NCBI RefSeq assembly: GCF_964204645.1
Contig: NC_134026.1
Location: forward strand, 19,812,150-19,876,149
DNA from: Tubulanus polymorphus
Taxonomy: Eukaryota > Animalia > Nemertea
Reading direction: 5' to 3'
DNA: 64,000 bases
The notes under the pieces were generated by a model that saw nothing but the letters and a program-made list of their open reading frames with translations, searched no databases and was not told where the DNA came from. Of the stretch, positions 37,982 to 52,200 are shown in pieces. Made by a program: the position numbers and the translations under genes. Each line of letters starts with the position of its first letter. The first letter of the stretch is position 1.

Positions 37982-39160
37982 AATGACCCGTTATGCGTGT
38001 AGAATCGATTGACATGAACATATGTGATTTTATATGGAGGAGCGAGTATTATCTAATAAAACAGCCATTTCTGCCAAAAATATTTTTGTGATCGACTCCA
38101 TGTTTTGTTACGTGACCAGGGTTCATAGCAGGCCTCGAAAGTCATGGACTGGGAATAGGTCATTTTATTATTTGGTCTAGTACACCAGTCCTCTTAGAAT
38201 GACAGTCAGTGGAGATATAAATTGTCACTTATATAGCGCAAGGCTCCTTATAATAGTTCAAATGTGCTTCTCTAGAAAATACGTGTTGCTACCACAGAAT
38301 GGCAAACAGATTTTCAGGTCCCGTGAAGTTCGTTGTAACGAGGTTCCATTGTAGTTCAAGACTATAACCTATCGTGGGTGCAGCCAAATTGATTTCAATT
38401 GAATTGACGTACTGAATGGAAGCATTATTTAACTAGGCGAGCAGAATGAACAATTTTTCCTCGGCGAATAATTAGAGAATATTTCGCACCATTATCAGTA
38501 GTAAGATGATTACCAAAATTGATAGGGGTCGTAACTTGTGTCGCTTCATGCTTGTTCAAAAAGGGAACATTCTTTTAAATCGCCTTTTCAATAACGATGA
38601 AATAAGACCGAGGTTGTATTTATTTTATCAAAGCACTTTATTGGAAAAATATATTAAAAACGTATTTACAAATGTCACAAAAATAAATGCAAAGGATATA
38701 CACTAATCAATGAAAACGATGTGGTATTTTTATGAAAATGATCACATCAGAGCTGCCCAGGTGAACTTGGGTCTTCTTATATAGTTAGTCTACTTGTGGT
38801 CAGAACTTATAACTCAATGTGTTACGCTGTTTTAAACAAAAAAGAAGATATGAAAAATGCTGCGACACACAGGCACACTGATTGGTTTTCAATACAATAA
38901 AATATGGCCCAAAGCAAACAGTGTTTTGGTCATATTCAGGAGATGTTTAGCAGCTTGAGTTACATCAAAACTAAATCGTTTTGTATATGAACAAATTAGA
39001 TCAACGATGAAGTCCCAATGAAATAACGCATTTCAAAAATTACCGTATTACAAAAATATCACAGGAACTAAATGGAAGCATTCAATAAGTACGTGTAAGC
39101 AAGAAATTTGGCAAATTTAGATGGTCCTTAACCTAGCATAGTAAATGAGCACGCCTTTGT

Positions 39161-42100
39161 CTAGAAACTTAAATCGGGCAATACAATATCAGACAAGTTC
39201 AACGAAAAGTCGTCCAATTCGATGTCCTGTATCGGCTCATCGATGATGAAATTCGGAACTGAAAAAAACAATTGACATTCGTAAAGTCATTTGTCCTTAT
39301 ATACCCAGGAAGAAAGCCACTAAATATTTGGATGGATATATGAAAGCTGTGGGTACTGGAGTGTGTAATGGGTAGTGTAGTGTGATCTGTGTGCATTTGT
39401 GGCCAGCACACAGATCACATTGTTCATTGGGGTTTAGTCCAGGACTCGCGAGATTTTCAACAACACGGAAGTAACGTGTAATAAATGATGACTTGAATTG
39501 CATGACTACCTACCACCCCTCATTATTGTTTGAAAAGTTAACGTTCCGCACTGACTAAAAATTAGTAATAATATTTAATAACATTTTAGAAATGGCCAGA
39601 ATTTTAACTTAGGTTCTATCTCATTTTTATTTTACAATTGCGATTGGTATAATTTTTTTTCAAATGGCCGTTAAGGCTTCATGTTTCGTCTGCAATTCAC
39701 AGCAAATAGTTACGCAACTACGCACATTTCAGTGTTTTTGGCAGCTGTACACTCAATCGGCACCGTTCGTGACTAGCTTCACTGCGGAATTATCATTAAT
39801 TAACATCGCCATATCACATCATCAACTTATATTGTGCCTTAAAACCCTAACAGCCGAAATAATTGAAATGCACACACGATTTCTATCATTGAAAATTGAG
39901 AGAGTGGCCGTGTTTGTGTTCTGCTGCTTCGCGTAAATCCCGCGCGGTGGCGCAACCGCGCGGAGTGGGGCCGATACGTCTAGTAATGAGTAACAGTGCA
40001 GGGGTAGATCGATATAATGTAGAATTTTCAAATTTTCGCACCTCCTACCGATTGGATCGCTAATCTCAATCTAGACAGATTGAAATAAGATTCTTAAACA
40101 TTAACATGGCTTGTGTATGAATTTTTAGCTCCAAGGTTTATGGCATAAAAAGGGGACCAAATAATTTTTCCAGCCACTTCTCTCAATATTTTTATGATTT
40201 TTCACCGGTTCTTAAGCAGACACCCATTTTTCAAAAACATTTCGAACAGCCTATTTCTCAAAAGTTTTGGGCATTTCGCTCAAATTAAAGGAGTTTCAAC
40301 TTTAAAAGCACTTTCTTTTTAAGGGTTTTTTATGCAATCAATGAATCGTTGGGAACCTGCCATTCTACATACCAGGCAAAGAATCCACGTGTGTTGGTGT
40401 GTATTCCTCGTCATCACTGTCGTTGTCGACTACCATACACATCGGATACAAGTGCCGCCACGATTTCAACTTATCCATATAGGATGAAAGACAGTGAGCT
40501 GGAGCCAAAATATCTCCAAAAACATCTAAAATTGTAAGATAAAATGTCTTATTACACGTAGGCCTTCTAATTTTACAACTTGGAGTCAGATCCGCCCCTG
40601 AAATATTTTCATCACAATTTTTCCCAGGAAAGAATTTCAATATTTTCTTCCGCATTTTCTTTTCCTTGGTATTTTTGCCTCTGGTGATTTTTTTTCATCC
40701 CTCACATGATTTGAATTCTATCAACATTACCCTCACTCCATTTTTAGTTTTTCCACAAACCTTCCACGTTCACATGTTGAAAAATACTTGAATTGTATAA
40801 AAGTTCTAATTTTTTTCCATCCATTTTAAAAAGTCTACTGGGTTGAAATGAAACAGTGTAATCATAGAAGATTATTTCCGGGGAATAAGCGGAGAACGTG
40901 CATGTATATATCTGATCAATCTGCTTCCTGAAATCCCTCCTTTAGGACCTCGAGACATTTCTAATGAACATATAAATGCCAGAAATTGGTAATTTGGTAA
41001 CCATACCTTCAATAAGTGGAAGGTCAAGACTTGACACACAAAAATACTGAAGGGAGTACAATTACCACTGGCATGAAGCCTTATACAAACCTTCATTAGC
41101 TTTGTTTATATGCATCAATTCAGTATCATCTGCAGGAGTATTGGCCTGCAAATATATAGGCCTAATATAAGATGCCATGAAAAATTCTTGCCAAAAAAGA
41201 TCATCAATTACGAAGAAAAACTGCAAGTAGTGACATTTCAACTTGATTTTCTGAGCCATTTTCAAAACTGATTTAGTAAAAAAACGTAGGCCTACAGTTT
41301 TTCCTCGTAATTCAGTTGATTTTTCTTCAATTTTAGTCTATGAGAACCAACAAAAGCAGTTACAGTACCTTCTTTTCAGTACTAACTTCTTGTTTAGTCG
41401 ACCGTTTAATATTCAGCCCTTTCTGCGGCTGTGTGGCGGGTCGGATCGATGACGATGGCTTTTTCATTGTTTTGCCAGCTGCATCCTTCTTCAAGTCCTG
41501 TTGTCGTATCTTCAAGTCTTGATTCACCGTGCCAAGCGCTTTTCTCGGAGTGACCAAACTTTTTTGTCGACTCTGGAAACTTTTACCCGCTTGAAGGAAA
41601 AAATTATAGACGTATCACCTTTCCAATAACACTAGCGTAGTATAACCTATGCTAAGGTTGCAAGTGGATATTATATCAATGACATAATCAGTTACACAAT
41701 CATTGATGGTAAGCTTACAATCAGAAGGGCTTGAAAATATAATACTATATTAGTGAAACAAAACCACGGTTACTGACAAATGCCAACGCTACATCCTTTT
41801 TGGCTTGTTCTTAAAAAACGCCATTTCCACCGTTTTCAGCTGTTACAGTTTTTAAAACTACATCGCCAGAAACGGCATTTTAGCTTAGATAGTTTTACAG
41901 GTGCTATTTATAGTGCTTAGTTCGATGGGAGTCCCTATTATGACATCATCGCTTTTCTGCTGGCATACATTTGTATATTTGCGCCGAAAAATTAATCTCA
42001 TTGATCCATTCCAGGCTTCAAGAAAGAATTAAATATAAATGTACGGGTTTCCGATGGCAAATGTATTTGAATTCTGTTCTTTCTTTATACCTGTATTCTA

Positions 42101-44145
42101 TGTAATAAATATATACATACATGTATCCCAAATTGTTTCGAAAATGTTTGTTGTATTTTGAAATGAATCTAGATACAGCTGTATTGATTTTGAGTGTTGT
42201 AACGTCATCGGCCACCAATTCATTCAATCACTACCCATCACAAGTCCAATTAGCTGGGAGGCATCGAAGATGTTAATTACCTTCAATTAACCAACATCAT
42301 ATGCAGTCCAATATATCCCTCAACCATTCTATGCTTTATTAGGCAAGATAAGACCATGGGCAAAACTTAAAACTAGATTTTTGATACACTAGTTTATACA
42401 TGATCCATGATTGATTTGTCTTATGAGAATGATAATTATAATAATTATTTTATTTTTATTTCTAACATATAATATTTACACATCCGTGCACCTCAGCAAA
42501 TTAATTATTTTATTCCGAAAAAAAGTACCCTGTAGACACTAGGGAAAACGTCTAAGCGGGTGGGGGAATCCTCATATATAACAAGTGGACTGCCAATAAT
42601 GGCTTAATAGTTTATGATTATAAAACTAGCTACGCCAAAAACGGCGGAATACGCCAGAAATGGCAAATGTTTTTATGTGTACCCATGGCAACATTTCATT
42701 GAAAACTTTATAATAGTTTTTAAAACTAGTTCCCAAATTTATTTTTAACAAAAATCATGATTAATAAACTTGTTTCATGCTGTAGTAGTTTTGAGAGTTT
42801 TCCCGGAGTTTTTGGGCTGCATATGACGTAATCATTTAGAAAAACGTGAATTTGACCACTTTACCTAGCTCAAAAATTTCCATCCTAGCGTCATATGAAA
42901 GCTTATCGTCTGCTCGAGATTATGACGTAATCAGCAACATGCGCTAATTTGACCGGAAGTGCGCAAAAAACTTTAAAGCAAAACTCGAAACTTAGTGAGC
43001 TGAAACTGGCTGATTAAGCCATAAACGACTGTAAAAGTTTCAAAACTGAGTGATCCATAAACGGCTGATTCTGCCGTTATTGGCGGAAAACGCCGAAATT
43101 GGCAGAATAAGCCGTTTTTGGAAAGTGTTCTAGTCAGTAACCTGTCTGTGGTTTAGTTTCACGATCGGATATTTTCACAAACCACAGTCAGGAATGGGAA
43201 GGTCATTTTTGTATGAAATCTTCGTCAGCCAATTTGACTGACGAGTAATTTGCCTGGCATTTCATTGTCTCTTAAGATATCCGTCTAATTTTTGCTGTAA
43301 TCGACGCACAACAGATTCGTAGTTTGTCTGATACCTATAACACCTCACCTGACGATCTTAATCCATGTGCAAATCGGCCGTAAAGTGAGAGTAAATTTCC
43401 GTCCAGTCAACAGCTGCCATTTTGAAAATTACTGGAGGTGCTGGCACCTGTGGACTGAGGCCAGGACAACAGCACAAACTCACGAAGCGAAACGACGAAA
43501 TTGAAAAAATTAAGAAATCAACACTTATTCCCATTTTTCTTTTACCAAAATTTATTACTTCATTATTTATCTTGGAAAACACGAAGATTTGAAATGTAAG
43601 TTGGAAAACCATCAAAAATAAAAATTGTCGTTTCGTCTTGGAAGTTTTATAAAAATCCTTGTAGGTCCCCTTGTCTTATCATGCCACATGTGCAATACAG
43701 AGAAATGGCGGCTAATGGCGAAATTTGCTGAGAAATTAATTAATTTCTCAAAATAATGTTGATTAATCACTCGAAACATACATAAAATTGGATTATTTCG
43801 AAAGGTACCTGTGTTAGTTTGTGAATTAAGCCATTAATTATGGACTGAAGTGAATAGAAAGTATATTTTTGAAGTGTTACTTTTTTCAACCGAGTTTTGG
43901 TCCTTGTCATCCCTAACGTTGGTATAAGCCCATCCGATTATAAAAAGCTTACCACCAACGATTAGGTAACTAACTAGAAAGTGTTCCTGACTGCTTACCA
44001 AAATAAAAATGCCAGGCCTTTTTAAGTTTTATTAGTTAGAAATTTTGACAGTAGACCTACCTCTCAATCCTGGATTGCCGCCATATCGAGGTCTTGTAAC
44101 TGAGGCATTTTCCTTATCTTGGTACGCATCGATAAGAGAAGCCAT
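39161..44145 (-). CDS. PTTG1: Securin (PTTG-like anaphase inhibitor)
   Basis: Exon 44145-44061 reads MASLIDAYQDKEN (KEN box). Exon from 41589 reads ...TPRKALGTVNQ (D-box; RKALGTVN as in vertebrate securin). Exon 41145-41091 reads DDTELMH. An exon lies at about 40528-40372. The last exon 39258-39161 encodes an acidic tail PNFIIDEPIQDIELDDFSLNLSDIVLPDLSF*. Boundaries around 41390-41297 are uncertain. Confidence 0.88.
41797..43130 (+). mobile_element. Truncated inverted copy of the 44764-46241 element, in securin intron 1
   Basis: About 1.3 kb colinear reverse complement of 44771-46101. Confidence 0.9.
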
Positions 44146-44499
44146 AGTTTTTTGTTGTGCCAGGAAAAAGTGTAAAAAAGTAGTACGGTGATTTTAAAAA
44201 TTCGAACCGAGCTCCACACGAATTTGGTTTGGTAAAATAGAAAATGCGGATTCAGAATAGTTGGTGCTTTCGAGTCAGGGATCAGGGTTCCGAGGCCACA
44301 ACCGGCATATAGGAAGCACTTGCATTACGCAATCACGGAGGTACTTTTTCATTCTTAAAAAGTGTTTTCTTAAACAAACTTTCTTAAAAGGCTTGAAAAA
44401 TACTGAAATAACATCAATTCATACAAGCTCTGTGGTTGTGGCAGATCACCCTACTATAGAAAATGACGATTGATTATATAAACTGTAAAATAGAGAATT

Positions 44500-44640
44500 A
44501 CACCAAAAATGGAGTTCTTCGTACCGCCGGCCTAGTCTTTGAAACCAAAAATGGCGGCTTATTCAATCGGGTTTAGCAATCATAGCGATCAAATCGAAGT
44601 TCAGACAGCATACTCTGCATCAATGCGGGACCCTACCCTA
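44500..44640. promoter_or_regulatory. Probable bidirectional promoter region for securin and the P450
   Basis: YY1-type AAAATGGCGGC at about 44548, preceded by TTTGAAA (CHR-like cell-cycle element), between two divergent genes. Confidence 0.35.
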
Positions 44641-44763
44641 CCCAGGCACACCTCTCCACTAAATCCTGATTTCTCGACCATTTTCTATCGAAAATTTTCA
44701 GCTGTCGCATCACCATATTTAGGTTTACCCTTTTTCCTAGTTTTACTACCTTACTGAAATTGT

Positions 44764-46241
44764 CAGTCAGGAACACTTTCCAAAAACGGCTTATTCTGCC
44801 AATTTCGGCGTTTTCTGCCAATAACGGCAGAATCAGCCGTTTATGGATCACTCAGTTTTGAAACTTTTACAGTCGTTTATATGGCTTAATCAGCCAGTTT
44901 CAGCTCACTAAGTTTCGAGTTTTGCTTTAAAGTTTTTTGCGCACTTCCGGTCAAATTAGCGCATGTTGCCGATTACGTCATAATCTCGAGCAGACGATAA
45001 GCTTTCATATGACGCAAGGATGGAGATTTTTGAGCTAGGTAAAGTGGTCAAATTCACGTTTTTCTAAATGATTACGTCATATGCAGCCCAAAAACTCCGG
45101 GAAAACTCTCAAAACTACTACAGTATGAAACAAGTTTATTAATCATGATTTTTGTTAAAAATGAATTTGGGAACTAGTTTTAAAAACTATTATAAAGTTT
45201 TCAATTAAACGTTGCCATGGGTACACATAAAAACATTCGCCATTTCTGGCGTATTCCGCCGTTTTTGGCGTAGCTAGTTTTATAATCATAAACTATTAAG
45301 CCATTATTGGCAGTCCACTTGTTGTATAAGAGGATTCCCCCACCCGCTTAGACGTTTTCCCTAGTGTCTACACGGTACTTTTTTTCGGAATAAAATAATT
45401 AATTTGCTGAGGTGAATGGATGTGTAAATATTATATAATAAAGATAAAATAATTATTATAATTATCATTCTCATAAGACAAATCAATCATGGATCATGTA
45501 TAAACTAGTGTATCAAAAATCTAGTTTTAAGTTTTGCCCATGGTCTTATCTTGCCTAATAAAGCATAGAATGGTTGAGGGATATATTGGACTGCATGTTA
45601 AGATGTTGGTTAATTGAAGGTAATTAACATCTTCGATGCCTCCCAGCTAATTGGACTTGTGATGGGTAGTGATTGAATGAATTGGTGGCCGATGACGTTA
45701 CAACACTCAAAATCAATACAGCTGTATCTAGATTCATTTCAAGATAAAACAAACATTTTCGAAACAATTTGGGATACATGTATGTATATATTTATTACAT
45801 AGAATACAGGTATACAGAAAGAACAGAATTCAAATACATTTGCCATCGGAAACCCGTACATTTATATTTGATTCTTTCTTGAAGCCTGGAATGGATCAAT
45901 GAGATTAATTTTTCGGCGCAAATATACAAATGTATGCCAGCAGAAAAGCGATGATGTCATAATAGGGACTCCCATCGAACTAAGCACTATAAATAGCACC
46001 TGTAAAACTATCTAAGCTAAAACGCGTTTCTGGCGATGTAGTTTTAAAAACTGTAACAGCTGAAAACCGCGGAAATGGCGTTTTTTAAGAACAAGCCAAA
46101 AATGGCAGAAAACGCCGATTTCGGCTAAATTGGCAGAAGCAGTTTAAAACTGAGTAATCCATAAATGGCTGATTCCGCCGTTATTGGCGGAAAACGCCGA
46201 AATTGGCAGAATAAGCCGTTTTTGGAAAGTGTTCCTGACTG
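44764..46241 (-). mobile_element. 1478-bp non-autonomous DNA transposon, ~90-bp TIRs, 5-bp TSD (hAT5-like)
   Basis: CAGTCAGGAACACTTTCCAAAAACGGCTTATTCTGCC / ...GGAAAGTGTTCCTGACTG, with ATTGT on both sides. Confidence 0.88.
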
Positions 46242-46276
46242 ATTGTTATTTGTTATCAATTGCATGTCTTTATCAG

Positions 46277-49200
46277 ATGGAATTTTTGACGCAGTTAAGG
46301 GATGGCTGTTGGAACTGTTTGTGGTATGCGATTATTTTCTATATGACATGGATTTTCTATAAGTTATTTATTCAGCCGTTTCTGTCACCTTTGCGAAATG
46401 TAAGTCTCTAGCTCTTAAACCTCTCTAGTACCGCTGACCACTTTAGCACTTGGTCGGTGTCTTATGGCATTTGAATTTTTCAGATGCCTGGTAAACCGTA
46501 TTATCCTTTGATCGGAAATATGAGAGAAGCTTTGAAAAGTAAAGAACCAATGGAGACGACGACAAAGTAATAAACGAGCAGTTGAAACTGATCTTCCGTA
46601 TCTTGCCGCAAATGCTCGTCCTCTGTCGACCGGGATTTGAACCAGATGGTATCCAGATGCTACTTGGCCAAAATATCATTATTAGCCAGAAATCAAGTTT
46701 CACGCCTGGTTATTCTTCTATTTTCATCAATCCAACTGGACCTATTCATCAGGCAGCATTTTTTGCTGTGGCAGAACCTTGCGATACCCTCAGGTTTGAT
46801 TCCTCGCTGAGGGAGGATGAAAAATGCAATGTCACAAATCCTTAATAGAAAAATTCCTGCGATAGAATTTTATTCAGAATTTTTACCTTCGAGTTTCGAC
46901 GATTGAATAAAACGAAACCAAAAATGTTTTTGCTGTTAACTAAATGCTGGGTTATGTTGGGCTGGAAAACTTGATTTATCAGTAACTAGCGCCCTAAGGT
47001 AGGCGCCAGTTACCATCTGATCAGCCAACAACTGAACGCAATAATTCTAGCCAATCAGAAATGGACATATACTCAGTAGTACAATGCGTCCTTGTGGTAC
47101 TAAAATCAGAGTTTTTATGTATAGTATATAGCTTAGTATATATCTATTTTAATCTGGTATGAATCTTACAAAATTAGTGGTTTTCATTTTCGATATTTAC
47201 GTTTGAATTTGTTAAGATGAGGAACACAGCGCAAGCCTAAAGGCTGCACTTATAAGTGTGATTATAAGCACTGCCCCCACTGATCAGTCGTAGTTTGGGA
47301 TGTCGTAGCTTGATATAAGCTAGCATTAATGCTAGCTAGCCATCATAAGGTGGAAGAAAATTTTATTATCACTTAAATTATATTTTGGGACTTTTTAAAC
47401 TAGGCCAACCTTGCTTAAATTTCTGTGAGCTTCGAACTTAAACTGATGCTACTTTTGTTTTTCATCGCTGGAATGTAGATGGATGAAGCGTTACGGTGTT
47501 ATATTTCGATACTATTTCTTTCGCGGAATGCCAAGAGTTCTTGTCTCCGATCCGGACATCATGAAATATATCATGGTAACGAATCAGAAGAATTTCGAGA
47601 AATCGACTGAGATTGGGTACGTGCGCAAAAAAAGTATTCATTTACTACAGCGAAATCTTGTTACAATAAACTCTTCACGCAACAGAAAAATAAGTTTGTT
47701 CTAACCGATAGTTCGTTCCAATATGACATTATTATTAAAATTGTCCTATTTGAGATGAAATTCTAGGATTGTACTTCCAGGTAAGTGATAAATTGTAACG
47801 AGGGTCCATTGTTAATGTATAGGAGGATGAGCCCTGTTGTTTTTTGTGGGGAGTTTTTGACCTATGTAGGTCATCCAACAAGGCTGCCAAAGCCATATTT
47901 GTAGAACCTTATGTTCGACTGAAGGGTTTTGCTAGCATAGCTGTAGTTTCGTTTTGCAAATGTATGCGGAATATATGACATTATATAGCCTATTTGCGTG
48001 CTGTTTACATTTCAGGCTTCTTTCATTTGTTCTGCGTAACGGACTCGTCACATCAAATGGTGATGTCCATCGGCAGCACAGGAAACTAGCGAATCCAGCT
48101 TTTACTATCAAGTCTATTAAAAGTGAGTGACAACTGTAAACATTGCTTAACTCGGGAGTTTACTGGTAATAGAGTGCAGTTATAACCCAAAAAATTACCA
48201 TTTCTTTTCGTATTTCTTACCGTACTTCAGCAGGACCCGCTAAAGAATGACCATTTTGTAATTTCATTTCGGATTTAGCAATTTTGTTTCGTATTTAAGA
48301 AGGATCCGCCTAACTCGGACAAACTGGAATTGGTAAAATTGGTAAAATTAGGTAGTTAAAAGGATAGGGAAATATGTTGAGCAGTCAGAAAAATGATTTA
48401 GTTTTTGTCCAAGTAAGTCAAAAGTCTGAAGTTGGCCATATCCGAGTAAGGCGTGGTTTAACTGTAGTCATGGAAAATGTTGAATGTCTTGATTGGTAAG
48501 GCCCCGAGGCTGCAGATCGATCACTCGTGAGCCCTTTAATAAATCATCACAACATCTCTGCTGTTGTTTAGAGATGATGCCCATATTCAAAAAGAAGAGC
48601 GTCGAGTTGGTCGACCTGTGGACTAGTAAGATGGATAAGAAAATTGACGGCGATAAGTGTATAGTTCCAGTATTCGAAGATCTAATGAGAATGGTATGAC
48701 CTAGTCAACAGCGATGCATGCTCACCGCGATAAGTTGTTCTGCTTTGTTTGCTATAATCAAAATTATTTCCAACTTCTGTTGAAGCCGTGATGTGAATGC
48801 ATATTTTCAGACGTTGGATGTTATAGGTTTATGCGCATTTAGTTACAACTTCGACTGTCTTCATGATCCGGACAATGAGATCAATAAGCACTTTCAAGGC
48901 GTCATCGGTGGCATTTATCCAAGGTAGACTAAGGGTTTTATTTCGGTATTGTTTCTTTACAGCCGTATATGCCTTAGCACAAAAAGGGGAAATACGTGAC
49001 TGAAGTTTATATACAATTAACGTTTTATCCTCAATCCTATCTTCTGAGTCAAGATGGACTGTGAACCCTGGCATGTGGCTGTCGAGGGTTCATACCATGG
49101 CATCTAAAGACTTTCGGTTCGAAACCCTGCAAGGATGGATGGTTCAGTTAGCTGTCATTAGCACGGAAATTAACAAATTCCAGGATAATAATAATGATAA

Positions 49201-52200
49201 TAATTACGCGTATTTAAAGTGCCAGTATCCTCTGCAATTAAGTGATCACTTGACACCTGGCTAGTGGGATAGAATATTATTGAGCAGCTGCCCGTCAAAA
49301 TAGATGGGTTTGATTTGCCAGGATTTCTTTTTTGGGAAGGGCGATATAGGGTGAAGAGCAACTGTAAAGAAACCTGTATTCCAACACAAATACCGGGGTA
49401 GCAGAAAACATTTAGAATTTGATGATCTCATTTTTAGAATTTCCACAGCCACTTATAGAGGGAGGTATGCCCACAGCCCCTGACTCTACCGCTGGGATCT
49501 TAAAAAATTGTTTTTCATATAACTGAACAATAAACAATAATGAAACCATCCTGTACATTTATATCGTTGTTTTAGCCCACTTGGGACTTAAGTCCCAGTT
49601 ACTATTATATATGACCCCTAGTTACTATATTTATTTTTAGTTGGGAAATGTTGTTACCTTATTATCAGTACATTCCATTTTTACCAAATATGAGTCGAAT
49701 GCGACATCATTTGAAAGCTGCTGATGAAGTCGTTCTTTCCGTGATTCATGAACGTATGGAAAAGATTTCCACCGGTAAGTCTTGTACATGACATAGAACC
49801 ACAGTTGACTCGGCGCAAGTCATGTTTTCGTGACACCTCATATGAAATACATTACATTTAATAACACGGCTACAGTATCTTACATGCCTGACGTATGTTT
49901 GTGGTCGCATGACTCGTCAAACATCGGACTGGTCTGGAAAGCAGAGATTAAACATTTTTGTACTGTCACCTGTTTTACAGATGGTGGGAACATCGATTAC
50001 GATCTTCTTGGTATGCTGATGATGGCTAAGGATGAAGAAACTGGACAAGGAATGACTTCTGAAGAACTCAGGGATGAAGTATTGACCTTCCTTTTGGCAG
50101 GCCATGAGGTAGGCACATGAATGTCGCTCGTCGCTATATCCCTATACTATTGTTAGATTTCGGTATTTGAATATTTTTTAGTACATTAATTCCAAACTTA
50201 CGTTGCCTTTATTAAGCTATTACTGATTCCTGATGACTATTAGTTACAGTTGAAATCAATAAATTATTAGCTTAAAAGAAACTGTTTGGACTTCATTTTT
50301 CTCATTTTATTAGTGTGGGATTCTCAATTTATTGTCAAAAAATGGTTGTAGTGTTTATCAGTGGTTTTGGTAATACATCATAGCATTTTGCTCAAATGCT
50401 TGCTGCAATTTGTAGTTGTAATTGTAATTATCTCTAATGAAAATGAATCAAATCAAATAATCTCTAATGAAAATGAATCAAATCAAATAATTTTGAAAAT
50501 CGTTCCTTGAGATATGGCCAATTAACAAAAGGCAGAGTTTTGATTTCATGGAGCAAAGTCACAGTGATGTATATCGTTGTATGTATGTATATCGTTAGTC
50601 TTAAGTTCATCAGAAAAATTTCCCAACTAAAGATCAATTAAGTAAGAAGATTTGCTCAGTTACTGATTTCTTCAGATCTTCAATCAGTTCTAAACTGTTT
50701 AACTGATATTTGTTGAAATAAACAACACTGCATCTTTGTTCAAATGCCTATGACTCTTTCAACAGACAACCAGTGTCGGTGTAACATGGGTCTTATATCA
50801 CCTGGCCGATCATATTCACATACAAAATCATCTGAGGGATGAGATCCATAACGTACTGATGCAAGAGAACACAAATGATTTAAGCTACGAAACGTTTGAA
50901 AAGATGCCATATTTGGACGCAGTCATCAATGAAACGCTGAGGTAAGGTGGATTGTATTAATATTGAGTTGTTTCACTATCCGGGGCTGGCAGAAGCAAGT
51001 TGACTGGGACTATTTGAGACCATAGTTTTCTGGTATCATGATTCAGAATGACGATTTATCATTGATCGTTAATAAATGTTATGGATCATAATGTTTTAAA
51101 CGCATCTGTTTCCAATTGTACATATACGCTTTCAGGCTTGGGAGCAGGCCTAACTTCAGTTTTTCAATAACCTTCAGGAAAGAAATCATCATGGGCAAAA
51201 TTGTCGACCAAACCCCTTGAAAAAAATAGGCCACATTAGTTTTGCCTCTCATGTGATACAGATGGGTGTGGCCTTGGCGAGTGGGTTACTTGGGAAAAAG
51301 ATGGCGGCTGATTAAAGCGACAATAATCTGACGTATTACGATGTGGAGAATGTTGGATGTTGCGGTATTGAATGTTGGATGGCAATGCATTTGGGCAAAG
51401 TCACCCAATATCGTTCATTTATTTGCAACGACCCATGGAGCCGATCTAGGGAAATTGAAAGCCCAGGGTCCAGAAGAGAAGAAAGGCACTGTTCATTCAG
51501 TACGTACGCAAAAATAGGACCTTTTTTCAAGTTCCTACCTTCTGTACGCACATCGTACTATATTGCCGATGACCTTACGTGCTCAATGATTAATCATGTA
51601 GTATAAAAAACAAAAACAAACACTTGTTAGTAGTCTACTGGTCTGTTTTATTTTTAAAGTATAGATAAATTATTTGAGACTTTAATTACCGTATCATGCC
51701 ATAAGTTTGCCCCTCTTGAAGGGATTTACTAGGATGCAGCATTTTGAAAAGGGCAATGAATTCATTATCTTGTTCCAGACTCATGGCTGAATTAATACCT
51801 ACAGATGAGTAAGGTCCAGGCTACTACAAAATTATACCGTAGAAATTAGAGCACTTTGATTTTTGAAGTACGTACGCTTTGTGTAAATAGCTAACTAGCT
51901 TTGCAGGTAGATCGTACGCTTTTGCCGTTGAGGTCGTTGAGGGTTTGCGAACGTACTTAATGAATGGTCCCAAAAGGCATTTCTCGGATAGAGCACCCAT
52001 GTCAAAGGCCACTCAGGGTCAACCCCGGATGAGCGTTAAATTTGCAGGTTTCATCGATCTCTTTCTAGATGAAAAGGAGGTTACCTCTGTGGGAAGGCAG
52101 GGTCCGGGCCCCTGAGACTTCCCCCTAATTCCTGAGAGTGTAATCAAATAAGCATATCAAACAGACTACGTATCTATTTAAGTCAAGAGTTTTTCTTTCC

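Noticed and set aside
50228-50262. CTGATGA...GAAA possible hammerhead in a P450 intron
   Set aside because: Stem II is poorly paired and there is no convincing stem I/III or cleavage triplet.
50427-50490. 30-bp tandem duplication
   Set aside because: Ordinary local slippage duplication with no further structure.
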